Assembly: GCF_006345805.1 (NCBI RefSeq)
Contig: NC_043000.1
Location: 102,796,001 to 102,860,000 of the forward strand
Direction of reading: 5' to 3'
Source: Octopus sinensis
Taxonomy: Eukaryota
DNA: 64,000 nt
The stretch's first letter is position 1; each line of letters opens with the position of its first letter. A program made the translations under genes and the position numbers. Positions 37,811 through 51,795 of the stretch are shown here, piece by piece. The notes beneath the pieces were generated by a model, which saw only the letters and a list, made by a program, of their open reading frames with translations, was not told where the DNA came from and did not search any database.

Positions 37811-38906
37811 CACTCTTGCCTTGCTTTTGCACAGAAAGAAAAAAAAAATGTGTTGCTAAGTGAGACAAAAAAAAAAAAAAAAAAACTCCCTGCACTTCTT
37901 CCACTCAATTCTTACTTTCTAACAGCAGTTCTTAAACTTCTTTAACTTGTAGTGCACTCTAGAGGAAATAAATACTTTGGCACACTTTGTGCATAAAGGT
38001 ATTTATATATTTTAGCCTATAAATAGTTTTATCTGGAGAAAGTTACTAAATACCATTTTTTTTTTATCCAATACATGAAATAAAGAATTTCACTTGTACA
38101 TTTCCCATATTTTTAAATATAATTTTTGTTATTTTCACACCATACCACTGCACAATAATGCAACATTTGGCAGCCACTATTTTATAGTTCAGGCTTTGTG
38201 GCATGGTTGAGAAGTTTATTTTCTAACCATATTGCTTCAGGTTCAGTCCTACTGTGCAGACCCTTGGGCAAGTGTCTTTTACTAGAATTCCAAGCCCTGC
38301 GAATGGATTTGTAGATGGAAACTGAAAGAAACCTGATATTGTGTGGCAGTTGTATAAATGAATGTTTCTGTTCTATCTTTTATGTGTTTCAGACTGCATC
38401 CATGCCCAGGGAACCACCTTGAAGAATTTTCTTAGTCCAATGTATCAACTCCAGTAATGGCTTCTTTTGCAAAACCGCTAAATTATGGGGAAGACTCAAC
38501 TTACAACTAGCATGACCTACTCATGGTTGAGTAACATATCAGATTAAGTACTTTAGCATGTACTAGTCCCAGGAAAAACAGATTATACATTCAATCAAAG
38601 CAATTTTAAGTTTAAATAACAATCATATAATTTTTTTTCAAGCCAAGAGAGACTCTGCATCAGGTTCAGGCAACCTTTTATGAGAAGTGAGTCACATGAG
38701 ACATGACTTAGCATCAGGTGGGTTTTGCACAACTAAAATATCAAGAAAATTTTCCCATTAGGTGTGCCATTCAGGAAAAGTCCTATGAGTCTCAAGTTAG
38801 TAATGACTGCTTTACATGGTCACTCAACAGGCAAGATATAACAGCCAAATTTCCCTCAATTCACACACTCTGGTATCTTTAAAAATGGAAGGACAAGCTG
38901 GATAAT

Positions 38907-39104
38907 CCTTCCTACTCGAGGTAAAAATTTTAGAGGAAAGGGGACTAGTTGATTACATCAACCCCAGTGTTTCACTGGTACTTAATTTATCGAGCCTGAG
39001 TGGATGAAAGGTAAAGTTGACCTTGGTGGAATTTGAACTCAGAAAGTAATACTGGGCAAAATACTGGTTAGCATTTTGCCCAGCATGCTAATGATTCTGC
39101 CAGT
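38907..39104 (-). mobile_element. SINE family C with 21-bp TSD, inserted in an older family H repeat
   Basis: TSD tggaagg(a/g)caagctggataat at 38886-38906 and 39105-39125. Confidence 0.85.
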
Positions 39105-39639
39105 TGGAAGGGCAAGCTGGATAATGTCAATTTAGAATGCTTTTGATTATAGGTCTATGTATTCAGGTTGACCTCGAGCTAATTAGCAACAAGGAACAAG
39201 AAATACTATACTACCACAGTCACCATCACCACCACCACTACCAAAAGTACCACTACCACTACCACCGCTTACTCCTCCAGGGCAACAGAATTCAGTTTTG
39301 TTTCTGCTGATTTTCTGAAAAATTTACTCTTTAGAATCCTATTTCTATCTCCATTTTGTTTCTCAAATAGTAAATGGTAAATTCAAACATATATTCCATT
39401 TTGTGGATTTAGTCAGCAGTTAAATCAACAAGCTTTTTATACTCTATTTACATTACTGTCTCTTAATAACTTTATTATTATTAGACAAACACAAATATGC
39501 ATACATACATAGACATATTTGCATCCTTATTACAAAACACACATATACACAAATGTATATATGTGTGTATATATATATATATATATAAAAACATACATAA
39601 AAATATTCACACACACACACACACACACATTTACACAAA

Positions 39640-41275
39640 AACATGCTTCTTTTTCAGTTTCTGGTTACTAATCCACTCACAAGGTTTTGGTTGGCCCAGG
39701 ACTATATAGTCAAAGACACTTGTCTGGGATGCTATATAGTAGGATTGAACTCAAAAGCATTCAGGAAGCACTTCTCTTAAAACAGCTATGCCTGACCTAT
39801 AAATATATATCTTTTGTTTCAGCCCGAGGCTATAGTAGAAGACACTTGCCCAAGATGCCACACAGTGGGACTGAACCCGGAACCATGTGGTTGGTAAGCA
39901 AGCTACTTACCGCACAGCCACTCCTGCGCCTATATATACATATATATATACATACATATACAACATGCTTCTTTCAGTCTCTGTCTACCAAATCCACTTA
40001 CAGGGCTTTGGGTGGCCCAAGGAGTGGAAGACATTTGTTCAAGGTGCCAAGCAGTATGAACGAACCCAGGATCATGTGGTTGAAAAGCAAGCTGCTTACC
40101 TCACAACCATGCCTGTGCCTATATATGCATATATAATATGTATATGGCTTTTCTTTTACTTGTTTCGATCATTAGACAGCATCCATGCGGGAGGCACTAC
40201 TTTGAGGAATTTTTAGTAGAATGAACTGACCCAAGTATTTTTTTTTAAAAAACTCGGTACTTATTCTATTGGTTACTTTTGCTGAACTACCAGGCAATGA
40301 GGATTTAAACATACCAACGCTGGTTGTCATATGGTGGTGGGGAACAAGCACAGACACAAAGACACACATTATATATATATATATATATGTGTGTATGTAC
40401 ACACGTACGCTTGCACGGATGTATGTATGACAAGATTCTTTCAGTTTCTGTTTACCAAATCCACTCACAAAACTGTGGTTGGCCCAAGGCTATAGTAGAA
40501 AACACTTGTTCTAGGTGTCATGCAGTGGACTGAACTCAGCTTCTTATTTCTTTATTGCTCACAAGGGGCTAAACATAGAGGGGACAAACAAGGACAGGCA
40601 AAGGGATTAAGTTGATTACATTAACCCCAGTGCGTAACTGGTACTTAATTTATCGACACTGAAAGGATGAAAGGCAAAGTCAACCTCGGCGGAATTTGAA
40701 CCCAGAACGTAGCGGCAGATGAAATACCACTAGGCATTTCGCCTGGCATGCTAATGTTTCTGCCAGCTCACCAGCTTCTTACCACACAGCAAAACCTGCA
40801 CCTGCATGCACACACATATATATATAAATACTTACACACACTCACACACACACATATATACACACATGACAGATTTCCACCCAATTTCCATCAACCAAAT
40901 TCACTCACAAGGCATTGGTTGTCCCAGGTTAGAGCAGACAACACTTACCTAAGGTACTGTGCAGTGGGATTGAACCTGTAACCATATAGTTGCAATGCAA
41001 ATATCTTCTGCTGTAGCCCTAGCCTTGCAAGTGAATTTGGTAGACGGAAACAAGTTGACAGCTTATGTGTATATGTTTTTGTGCTTGTCCCTGCTCCCAG
41101 CACACATGACAACTACTATTGATTTGTTTACAACCCTATGTTTTAGCTGTTCAGCAAAAGTGACAGATAGAGTAAGTGTACTGGGGTTTATGTTTGACTA
41201 AAACCCTTCAAGATGGTGCCCTAGCATGGCTGCAGTCCAATGAGTGAAAACAGGTGAAAGAAAAGATAAAAGGTA
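39640..41275. mobile_element. Dense cluster of SINE A copies and fragments with a nested SINE C variant (40547-40771)
   Basis: At least five minus-strand A heads plus one plus-strand 3' part; the nested C element has a 10-bp TSD cagcttctta (40537-40546 / 40772-40781). Confidence 0.8.
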
Positions 41276-41413
41276 AGATAGTATGATCCCATCTAAGAAC
41301 ATCTTTGATTGTAAATCAGTTTCATCAGGACTGAGCAGTGTCTAAACAACAAGAACAATAGCTATTACCACTGTTACATATGTTCCCAAGTAGAATGAAA
41401 CTGACTCTAGAGA

Positions 41414-41452
<39 letters not shown>

Positions 41453-43002
41453 AGGAAGTAGTGCATAAGAGCGAGTTTCTGTTGGTAAATCTTGCAATGC
41501 AAATGAAATGAACTGCTTTGTGAGTTTTGAGACATTTGTGGATATGGTGTGTGTGATAGTGAGTAAGACAATTTGATTAGTTAGCAAAACAATTTACTGA
41601 CATTCAATCTCCTATGGTAGTAGAAAACCATTGGAGAAATGATGTGAGTGAATTTTATAAGAATCCAAATCTGAATAAATAAAAAGCAAATCTCCTGCAA
41701 TCCTAACAAGTCAATTAAATTAACCAACATTCATAAATGTTGACACGGCAAAATTGCAAAATGTGCATAAGAGAAGTTGTTTTTTCCTTATCACAGCTGT
41801 CGCACTCACATTATATAGGAGGAGGTGCAGGAGGCAGAGGAAGAGAAAAGGAGGAGGAGGAGCCAAAGCTATTTGATATCAGAATTTCAAATGTAAAGGG
41901 AAAATAAGATTTTCTTTATGATAAAGTGAGATGAATAATTTTCCAGAACTTATCTTGGAAGTATCTGTTCCATGGAAAGAATTTTCCAAATACCTAAACT
42001 ATTCAGCACGGAATAAGGGGATAGTTGTGTTCCATCAGATTGATCTCAAAGTCTTTCTTTTACCATCAATAACTCTAGGTTGACCAATTGTATGAGCCTG
42101 AAATATGCAGCCAGAAACTGTGCCAAAAGCTCTCATGTGTACATACATGTGTGTGTGAATGTGGGTCTGTCTGTCTGCCTGTCTTTGTAGCTATTCTAAC
42201 AAATATAATATATAATCAACATAACTATATACAATCAATTATCTATATACAATCAATATATCTATATACTTATTACTGACGCATTGTTTTACAGCTGAAT
42301 GCCCTTCTTGTCACAAACCTTAACCATTTTTTTCCAGCAAGGGAATTCTGTCAAAGAAAAGGCCAACTGACAATTTGTTGGCAGGGAAATGATAAAGCCA
42401 CAACCTGTACTTCTATGGCTTTCAGAGAAGTACAAATGTAAACTAAGTTGTGCAATGCACACACACATATATGAAATATATATACATATATAATCATCAT
42501 TATCATGTATACACACACACAAGCTTCTTTCAGTTTCAGTTTATCAAATTTATTCACAAGGCTTTGGTTGGCACAGGACTATTGTAAAAGACACATGCCC
42601 AAGGTGCCATACAGTAGAACTAAAACACATGTGCTTGGAAAATGACCTTCTTAACAATACAGCAATGTCTGTATGTGCAAGTTTATGTATGAGAGAGAGA
42701 GAGAGCGATTCACTGGTATATATTGGTAAAAAAACAGATATACTGGTATGTTTAACTACCCTTCAAGTTGCAGTGAGCCTATGATTGGCTAAGTAACTTG
42801 ACCTATGATATTAATTTTCACAAAATACATGATATAAAATATAGTAATAACAACAACAAAGAATACTATCTATTATAAAACCAGCTTTAACTTTTGATAA
42901 AGTGTAGCAGTAAATCCTTTGTGTCTAAGTGTTGTTATCAGTTGTAGGATATTCTTCAGAGGAGCTTGAAACAGATTTGAGCATTTAATCCCTCTTAGTA
43001 CA

Positions 43003-43392
43003 AGGTGTGGCTGTGTGGTAAGAACTTAGCTTCCCAACTACATGGCTCCAGGTTCAATCCCACTGTAAGACATCTTGGGCAAGTGTCTTTTACTATAGCC
43101 TCAGGATGACCAAAGCCTTGAGTGGATTTGGAAGATGGAAACTGAAAGAAGCTTGTCGTATATGTGTTTGTGCATGTATGTCTCTGTGTCTATGTTTGTT
43201 CCTCCATCACTGCTTAACAACTGGTGTTGGCATGTCTACATCTCCATAACTTAGCAGTTCAGCAAAAGAGATCAATAGAATAAGTATCAGGCTTTAAAAA
43301 TAAGTACTGAGATTGAGTCATTCAACTAAAGATTCGAGGCAGTGCTCCAGCATGGCCACAGTCAAATGACTGAAAGAAGTAAAAGAATAAAA
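43003..43392 (+). mobile_element. Full-length SINE family A
   Basis: Collinear with 18162-18564. Confidence 0.85.
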
Positions 43393-44665
43393 GTCTGAGG
43401 AGGAGAGAGGTTTGAGAAGAAAAAGGACCCAATGTATAGCCTGAAAGCTTTTGCCCTTTACCATTCAGATTACCCTCTTAAATGTAACCCTTATTTATTC
43501 ACATTGTTTAGAATTAATCCTGCATTATCTTGTAGCTTCGAGATTTGAATGATGCAATTGTTTATTTTCAGTACGACATTGTAGGGTAGGTGTGGGAGGC
43601 CAGATGAGGCCTGTTTGAGCATAAAATAAGTAGAAAAGCATGGCCAGATATCACCGGTTTACATGCAATAGGGTTAAAATATTCCTTATATTGAGAAGCG
43701 GTAGGAAAAGGGTCAGCTGTGTATCCCCACTTCTTATGAACTACTTCTAACTGACACTAACTTCTTTATCACCATCTCCATCAATCTCTCTTGAAATTAT
43801 ACAAACTCGGTATGGTTTATGAAGGACAAGGAGAGAATAAATACTCAGGGTTATTTAAATGCATAAAGTTATTCTGACCTTGTTTGAAATTATATATAAA
43901 TTCTAAATGTATTAAATATGTGAGATTATGAATCATCTCCTATGCACCTTAGTTAATGTCTGACGTTAGTGGTACGTACCCTCAATATACGTCATTCTGA
44001 ATGGCAACCACACCGGTTAAGACTGATTTTGAGGGGGAGAAATAAAATTTCCCACAGTACAGTTGACCTCTATTTATTTCGTTTGTTACTGTTGTAACAC
44101 CTCCACTTTTCTGCGTAAGATTATTCTGGTTGTTTTGACATAAGTCATCTCTGATGAAGTTCATACACCTGTGATCAAAAGGTATTGTTGCTATGACCAC
44201 TATGGTTTATCTATTTCAACCACAATGTGCTTAGGATTGCTTTAGCCAATTTATTCTTCCCCTTGTGTCTTCTAAGAAAGTAGACTGTTATTTAAGGGCA
44301 ATTCGGCTGCTATTTCTAGTATGTTGAGAGACCATATAGTGAATCCATTGCAGACAGAAAAAAGCTTAGTAGTGCATCAAAGAAATACTTCTTTCTGTTG
44401 CTTACAGAGAAATAAACCACAACTCTCTCAATGATACACATTTTAGCCTCAAGGAAGTGCATTCCATTTCAAAGTCACTTGCCTGAACATGGGTGAGGTA
44501 TGGACAGAGTTCTCTGCAAGTGTGTAATGAAGCACTTTAGTACTTCTACAAATAAAATCTTTAAAACACAAGCATATAGGACATTCCGAAAAGTAGATTA
44601 ACTCCCTTGGCTAGGCGGCTCTCCATGCAAGCAATTCTACTTCTATGGACTACCCACGCCATATT

Positions 44666-45290
44666 ATGAATATTAAGCGGCTCGAGTTAAAGAATTATTT
44701 GTGATTACATGGACAGTATGTTACTGGAAAGAAGGCGGATTTGGTTGAAAGAGTAAAAGGTATTAAAACTCCTTTGATAATTAATTAAATGAATGTCAAT
44801 GAATTAAAAATCAACAGGCGAGAAGTGTACTTCAGACTGGAAAAAGCAGAAATTTGTATATCCTCTCGGTGAAGTTTTACCTGATCCTAATGTGCTGAAA
44901 TCAGATTGGACTCAAGATCTTCATAAGTTGCCGAATTTTACAGATAATGACATTTACAACTGCCTCATGCTACGGATGAAGGCAAAGCGACAGTTAAGGA
45001 GTAGCATATTTTACCATGACAGACACGTCCACAACATTGAATATTACGATGTTACCGAAAACTACTCTCACTGCATTGTTTGGTGTCTTGTAATCCTGTC
45101 GATACCAACATCTAACAAAAAGAACAATCCTGATCACAGTGTCAAAGGTCACTGGCAATGTGCATTCAACTGATTGTTTGGTGTCTTGTAATCCTGTCGA
45201 TACCAACATCTAACAAAAAGAACAATCCTGATCACAGTGTCAAAGGTCACTGGTAATGTGCATTCAACTGATTGCAACTGCACTGCAAGG
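44666..45290 (+). pseudogene. Remnant of SAP-like plus SWIM zinc-finger protein (N-terminal part of the YqaJ-type second ORF)
   Basis: RLELKNYL*LHGQYVTGKKADLVERV is SAP-like; LPDPNVLKSDWTQDLHKLPNFTDNDIYN...TGNVHSTDCNCTA resembles the start of a SWIM CxC motif. It contains stops, frameshifts and a 98-bp duplication. Confidence 0.65.
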
Positions 45291-45486
45291 AAAGAGCCTG
45301 TTTAATTACTTTGACAGTTTTCCCTTGTATAATAAATTGTATTTTTTTTATGGATGTAAGTAAATAAATGTAGAATTAAAACAATAAATAATAAATAAAT
45401 GAGACTTAATTTTGAATATTTTTTTATCCCTATTATATTTATCGAATACAAATGCACAGTCACATAAACATATCTCTGAAGTTTAT

Positions 45487-45738
45487 CTAATAAACGAATG
45501 GCAAGGGGTGATCTGTTGATGGTCCATTCGAATTGGTGAAATACTGGGAGCAAATCTGGCTACTTGCAGTGTAAATAAAGTCTTTTCTCCCAAGTTTCGA
45601 TCTCTGAAGCCAAATACAATGAATAACGACATTTGCAGGGTATCTATGAATTGAAATAGCTTTGCCGGCTACATCATTTTTCCCTCTATAATTGCTGCAT
45701 ATACAATGGTATTTGCGTGATTTCTTTGGAGACATCAT
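45487..45738 (-). pseudogene. THAP zinc-finger domain remnant (transposase N-terminus)
   Basis: HCICSNY...SIHRYPAN...IWLQRSKLGRKDF...QICSQYF...P follows the THAP signature C..C..SxHxFP..W..R..F..ICSxHF..P, with the His replaced by Tyr. Confidence 0.8.
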
Positions 45739-46448
45739 ATAAACCAGTCATACAGCATGAGTCGGTAATCTGCGAAAGTAGAAGCAAGTTACAAACGGGA
45801 GAGTTCCAATCAGGGGCGGATAACTACCTTATCAGAATGACCTATACACACACATATCTACACAGTTGCTCAAGCAGAAAGAAAATTATTAAAATACAAC
45901 ACAAAGTAAATAGGGGGAACAAAAATGGCAAGAGTAAATTAATGGAAAAATACTTTGGGCTTTACAAAGGCTCCTAAGACTTTGTATTTTATTTTATATA
46001 TTTTCACTTTAATGAATAGCTTCTTTTACTATATTAGATAAAGTTTAGAAAACACAAAGGTCTCAAGATATCTTTTGAGACCTCCCATGAAGTTTACAAC
46101 CTTATCTTTCAAGCATGAAGTATAAAATAAATAAAGACAGCAGAAAGACTTAAGAGAGTTGGCTACTTTTCTGTTTTTGTTTTTTTACTAAGAGCAATGT
46201 ATCTACAAAGAGTTCAAATTAAAGTCAGCCTTTTTAAGCAGGATTTCTTCTGCTCTCCACCCCACTCTCTTTCTCTCTTTCTCTCTCTCTCTATTTTTTT
46301 TTAAGGACCAAATCACTCTATGCTTCCAGCGAAATTTCAACATAGAATTATTTTCTTATTCATTTCCTATTGAGATATTGTTATTATTTTTTATACCAAA
46401 GAAACGATGCAGTTTTGATTCTCAGTTTAGGCAATTTACTTCATTTAC

Positions 46449-46561
46449 TTGCTTGCCATAGCTGTAATTTTTGGCTGCAGTTAATAGCCTGAAAAGGCAT
46501 GGATGGGACTGTGCTAGGTTGACTTGACACTGACACACCGCAGGAAACCTTTGATAACAAT
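46449..46561 (-). CDS. Candidate 113-nt upstream coding exon of the same gene (xCYQRFPAVCQCQVNLAQSHPCLFRLLTAAKNYSYGKQ)
   Basis: Unique, GC-richer island with acceptor gctcacctcatttcttag|AT and donor AAGCAA|gtaaat. It is 2 nt plus 37 open codons ending in phase 0, matching the phase-0 acceptor at 29610. Confidence 0.55.
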
Positions 46562-47499
46562 CTAAGAAATGAGGTGAGCATTATCAAGTAGATGTATTTT
46601 TTTTTTACATTCTCCCCTTTAAATGGGGTCTGTTTTAAGGAGAGAGAGAGAGAGTGTGTGAATGTATGTTTTAGTGGTAGTAATATAGAATAGTAACTAC
46701 AGATAGATATTATTGTGAAGGCAGTGTAAGCCAAACACTGTGTCACCTTACTATGGTTCATTTCATGGATTCTAACTCCCTTGTACACTAGCACAAGCAC
46801 AGATCAGGGGTTGATTAAACTGAACCCAGCACTTGAGCGATGGTTTTTATCACCCCTGGTCAATGAGTATTGGTATTGTTAACCAGCTTGGAAGAGTAGT
46901 GCAGGAATCAACAAATATATGCAGGGATGATGTTTGCACTGGTATGGACTCAAGGTGCAGATGGCTACTAGATGAAAACACACCATATGCTTTAGGTTAA
47001 GGGTACCAATGAAATAGGAAGATTAAGGAAAGCACAGGAAGAAGTAGCAAGGTGAATTCAATTTCAATGGGAGCTGCTGACAACTGATATACACTAAGGA
47101 GGGATTAGTGGAATAAATTAATAGGATTACTTAATCAACTTCAAAAGAAGGGCAAAGTTGACTTTGGTGAGATTACAGTTCAAAGCATAAGAATTGATAG
47201 AAATACTGCAAGGCATAAACTTCTAAGGGTTTTGACAGTCCACTACCCTGATGATGATGACAACATCAGTAACAACTGCTTTTATGTAAGCGCAAGGTCT
47301 TGAGAATGGAAGAGCAAATTACAGGGACTCAATTATCTGGCTGGTACTTCATTAATCTCAGAAAATGAAAGGTAAAGTCTACTGAAGCATGACACTCTCT
47401 CAGGATATAATTATGGCAAAAATACATTTTTGCTGGTCATCATAATAACAATGATAAATGGATAGATAAAGACACATGCACACATGTAGGAGAAAGCCT

Positions 47500-47750
47500 C
47501 TAGGAAGTTGCTCAATTATAACCTAGTAGAAATACCAGTTAAATCACATATGTTTAAAAAAAAAAATGGAAGAAAACTCTCCTTGAAATCATATCCTATG
47601 TCTTAAAAAAAGGTGAAGCCAAAAATGGATAATGTTGTTCCTGACAACTGTTGGAAGGACAAAAAGACGACAGAATAGTTTTGGCTGGAATGCGTATGAC
47701 CATAGCTTTCTCTAAACCGTGTTTATCTGGGATCAAACAGCAACAACTAC
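47500..47750 (+). repeat. Old interspersed repeat family H with (CAA)n-like tail (representative copy)
   Basis: The motif ctagaaatagcagccaaatctccctcaaatcacacc...gtcttaaaaaag...ttggataatg...aaacaacaac recurs more than 12 times (e.g. ~2400, 15330, 29740, 29970, 38815, 48335, 60410; reverse at ~8050, 9180, 44170, 57700). Confidence 0.65.
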
Positions 47751-49488
47751 ACACACACACACATGTTAGAGGGAAAAGGACAACAAAACCGAGGCAACAG
47801 AAGTATCTCATATCATTTAGAGAATTTAATATTCATTCTGCTTTGGTTTTGTAGTCCTTTTCCTCAATATATACCTGCTAACTCGGAAGCCTACTATGGA
47901 TCCCTAGCTCCAGCCTCAGCCACAAACTAGGAACCTGAAAACCCCTCATATTCTATATGCATATGTACACACACAAACACACACACAGAAGTGAGACAGA
48001 GGTGAGATATTTCCTTGTCTGGAAGATTCAACTAATGGAAAACTTGTGTCATACATATTTAAACAAACTGTTCTGAATATCAGGCAATACTCATAGCCTG
48101 TAATAAGAACCAAGGCCTGGGCTGAATGACACAGTAGTAGATCAAAAGAGTTGGTAAACTGAGGTAACAATATAAAATGTGTGACTTCAAGACAAAGAAA
48201 TGCAACCAGCTGGTCTGAACTCATGGACCTATGTCTTAACTATCCAGTTCCATATTCACTTGGCTACATTGCTTTTATCCACACACCAGGATGGATAAAG
48301 TAGCACCAATACAGGGCAACAAGGTAGCTTCTATGTTATCACTCAACTCACCAAGGATTGCAACTAAATTTCCTTTAAATTTATATCCTGCCATCTTAAA
48401 AAAAAAAGGAGAAAGGAGCACATTGGATAATGTAGTCATAAAATAAAAACAGCTTGAAACAAGATGGGATGGTCATAGCTATAGCTAGAATGCATATGAT
48501 CATAGAGCTACTCAATTAAATTTCTGCCTTGATCATAGGCTAATATATATGGGTGTAAATAAATGTCTCAAGGTAGCTTGTCAATTAATCCGAGGATCCT
48601 CTCCTTAAGATTCATATATACATACAAATGTACGTATGATCATCTACATCATCATACAATGTACTGTATATAATATATGTTTATGCATACATATATATGT
48701 ATGTATATATAAGTATATGTATGCATATACCCACCCACACATTAATTTATATTAGTTCCTACCTACTCTAAGTTGAATTCTTTTGCATTTTTTTTTACAC
48801 CAGCATGACATTCCTATTGCTAAAAGTAAAGATAAAGCAATCATGTGAGAGTCAACAGTTTGGAACACTCTGGAGCACTTTGGAACACTTTGGGGGCCAT
48901 ATCACGCTTATCATTAATGTGCCCTTATAGTATTTATTTGAGTACTCACGTTTGCTAGTTTCCTGGCTTGCCTTATCTAAACTTAAGCTAGAGAACAACT
49001 GATTAGAAGAGCAATAGCTAATTGTTTAACGGCTAAAACATATTTCATTATTCCCTGATATATGTGTTTGCTACAATATATTTAAGAGATATCAAGCTTA
49101 CTTAGTGAGAGTCAATGTTGATGATGTTTATTAAAGAATGTGGTTAAAAAGAGGACATAACTTCTTTATATCTTAAATTAACAACTAGAATGCTAATTCT
49201 GCAGGATGCATGCTTGATTGTAGTGAACCTTTTACCAATTCTCTACTAGATTAGCCACTCCCTCCAAAATTACTGTGCAGATAAATATATATCATCATCA
49301 TCATCGTTTAAAGTCTGTTTTCCAGGCTAGCATGGGTTGGACGGTTCAACCGGGGTCTGGGAAGCCAGGAGGCTGCACCAGGCTCCAGTCTGATCTGGCA
49401 GTGTTTCTATAGCTGGATGCCCTTCCTAACGGCAACCATTCTATAAGTGCTTTTTACGTGCCAGATATATATATATATGGATATATTT

Positions 49489-49527
<39 letters not shown>

Positions 49528-49846
49528 CATACACACACATATATACATGCCCTCGGTGCAAATGGTTCCGCCACACGCCACCACATTACACAATCATGCA
49601 AATAACAACAATGGCACTCCTATACAAGCCTAAAGCCAATGGCATATATATATATAAATATAAATATATATATATTATATATAATAGGTGCAGGTGTGGT
49701 TAAGTGGTTCAGAAGCTTGCTTCTCAACTATGTGGTCTTGAGCTCAATCCCAGTGCACACCTTGGGCAACTGTTTTCAACCATAGCCCTGGGCTAGCCAA
49801 AGCCTTGTGAATGGAATAAGTATACAAATACTAAAAGAAGCCTGTC

Positions 49847-49881
<35 letters not shown>

Positions 49882-50394
49882 TTACATAACACGTGCATGT
49901 GTATATATATACATCCTTGTCTTGATACCATGTTGTAAACAACCATCACTACTGCTGTACAAGAGATGTTGTTCTTTTCCAGTCTTCTGTGAAAGACATG
50001 TCTGGCCATGAGAAATATTACCTTGCTTAGAAATAGCGAAGGTTGGCGTCATGAAGGACCCCAGGCTGAAGAAAATCTGACTTAACAAATTCCATCTGAT
50101 TCATATAAGCATGGAAAATTGGATGGTAAATGACGATGATATAAAGATATGCATATGTGTGCTCGTATGGGGTATGTATATATATTTTATAGAATTACAT
50201 ATTTCTTTAGTTGCATGCATCGTTTGCTGTAAACACATTTAATATTGATATTTAGGAAGAGGGTGTGCGTGCATGTGTGTGTGTGTTTCTTTGTGGATTG
50301 TTGATTTAGAGCAGTTTTTCTCATTCATTCTTGTCCCACGTCACAGTAAAAAAAAAAAAAAAAGTAGCCTCATACACAAAGTTAGCACATAATT

Positions 50395-50427
<33 letters not shown>

Positions 50428-50554
50428 AAGTCTTAAAACTTCATTAAACCATAATATCAAAAAGCATTGCAGGACCACTCTCAATTTCTTTCTCATTTTT
50501 TGCACATCACATAGTCACAAGACAATACAGGATCTTAAAACAATATATGTATCT

Positions 50555-50777
50555 TTAACCCTTTTGTTACTGTATTTATTTTGAGATGCTCTGTGTTTCT
50601 TTCAATTAATTATAATAAAGAATTTAGTAAAATAACTTAGTTATCATTCAGCTAGTGTTAGGAGCATAAATTGTGACTAAGGTTTGGTGGAAGATTTTAA
50701 TTCAAAACTTATGAAAACAAGACATCTGTACACAGAGCCAGGGCCGGTTTCAGCCGGGTTGGTAACAAAAGGGTTAA
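50555..50777 (-). mobile_element. MITE family E (second young copy)
   Basis: ttaa-cccttttgttac...gtaacaaaaggg-ttaa perfect TIRs; reverse complement of 30568-30795. Older copies at ~8225-8328, 15091-15306, 17204-17427. Confidence 0.9.
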
Positions 50778-51627
50778 AGGTCTGTAAAAGAAACTTTTAA
50801 TTTTTTAAATGTTTGAAGTGATTTGCAATTTTGTGACTCTAAGAGATGCTCTTTACATGTATATAGTATATTTGTGCAGGCACACACATGCACGTATGCA
50901 TATACAAATATATACACGGGCACACACAAACAAATATACATAAAAAAATTACTCGTAATATTTATGTAAATATTGTTTGTGTGCATGTGTGCATGCATGT
51001 CTGTGAGTCAGGGTGTATACACATTCACACACGCATATATTACTTGCTTGGAATATTTTTATTTACTCTTTTACATCGTTTTCCTAGTGCTTTTGGCAAA
51101 ACAAAATGCTTTCTTTGTTGATGCAATAGCTTTTACAGCTGGATGCCTCTCCTTCAGCTAACCACTGAATTGGAACTAGTGGAGAGAGCACCACATATAC
51201 ATGTATATACATACATACATATATGGGGTACAGTGAACAAATTGGTGTCTAAATTACGCAAAAATGAAAATGACACCCACATCACATGTTAACAGATATA
51301 TTTACTAAAATTACATAAAAATATCTTGAAATACTAAAGAATAAATTTATTCAATAAAATCGCCATTGGCTTCAACAACAGTCTCCAGACGACTTCAGAA
51401 TCACTTGCAGCTCTTTTGGATGGTCTCCTGCTGTTATAATCCTTGCTTTCAGCTCATTTTGTTGGTAGAACATGTAGTAGCTCATCTGAAAAACTGTCAA
51501 ATGGTTTTCTTTGACTCCAATACTTCTGATTTCTAATGGTACCAAAGTAACTTTGCCTTCCATCCTTCTCAGGTGAAGAAAATAAAGTACCAATGAAGTA
51601 ATAATTTACTAACTCCTTTCCTTTCTT

Positions 51628-51795
51628 ATCTCTGGGAGGGTCGTGAACGCCGAGTCCTCAAGCACACCTTCCATTGGATCCAGTTAAAAGCAACTGCCTC
51701 CATTTGATCTGGCTAGATCCCTATGCAAAACCAACCAAGCTCATGGATGTTATCCAACCATCTTGCTCATGGTCTACCCTCGAGTCTCCTGTCAT
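51628..51795 (-). mobile_element. RTE (Rex3/Expander-like) LINE 3' fragment
   Basis: Minus strand RRLEGRP*ARWLDNIHELGWFCIGI*PDQMEAVA...W...RP matches the RTE C-terminal GRPRxRWxD..L.W..LGI.P motif. Confidence 0.65.

Larger units (their letters stand above)
44578..45843. mobile_element. ISL2EU-like (PIF/Harbinger-related) DNA transposon deletion derivative with two convergent truncated genes
   Basis: Imperfect TIRs aggacattccgaaaagtag / ctaccttatcagaatgacct with AT on both outer sides; SAP- and SWIM-like remnant on + and THAP domain on -. Confidence 0.78.

Noticed and set aside
37923-38810. Possible hAT-type MITE remnants (cagcagttcttaaac..., caggttcaggcaacc...)
   Set aside because: Termini too degraded to pair confidently and no 8-bp TSD identified.
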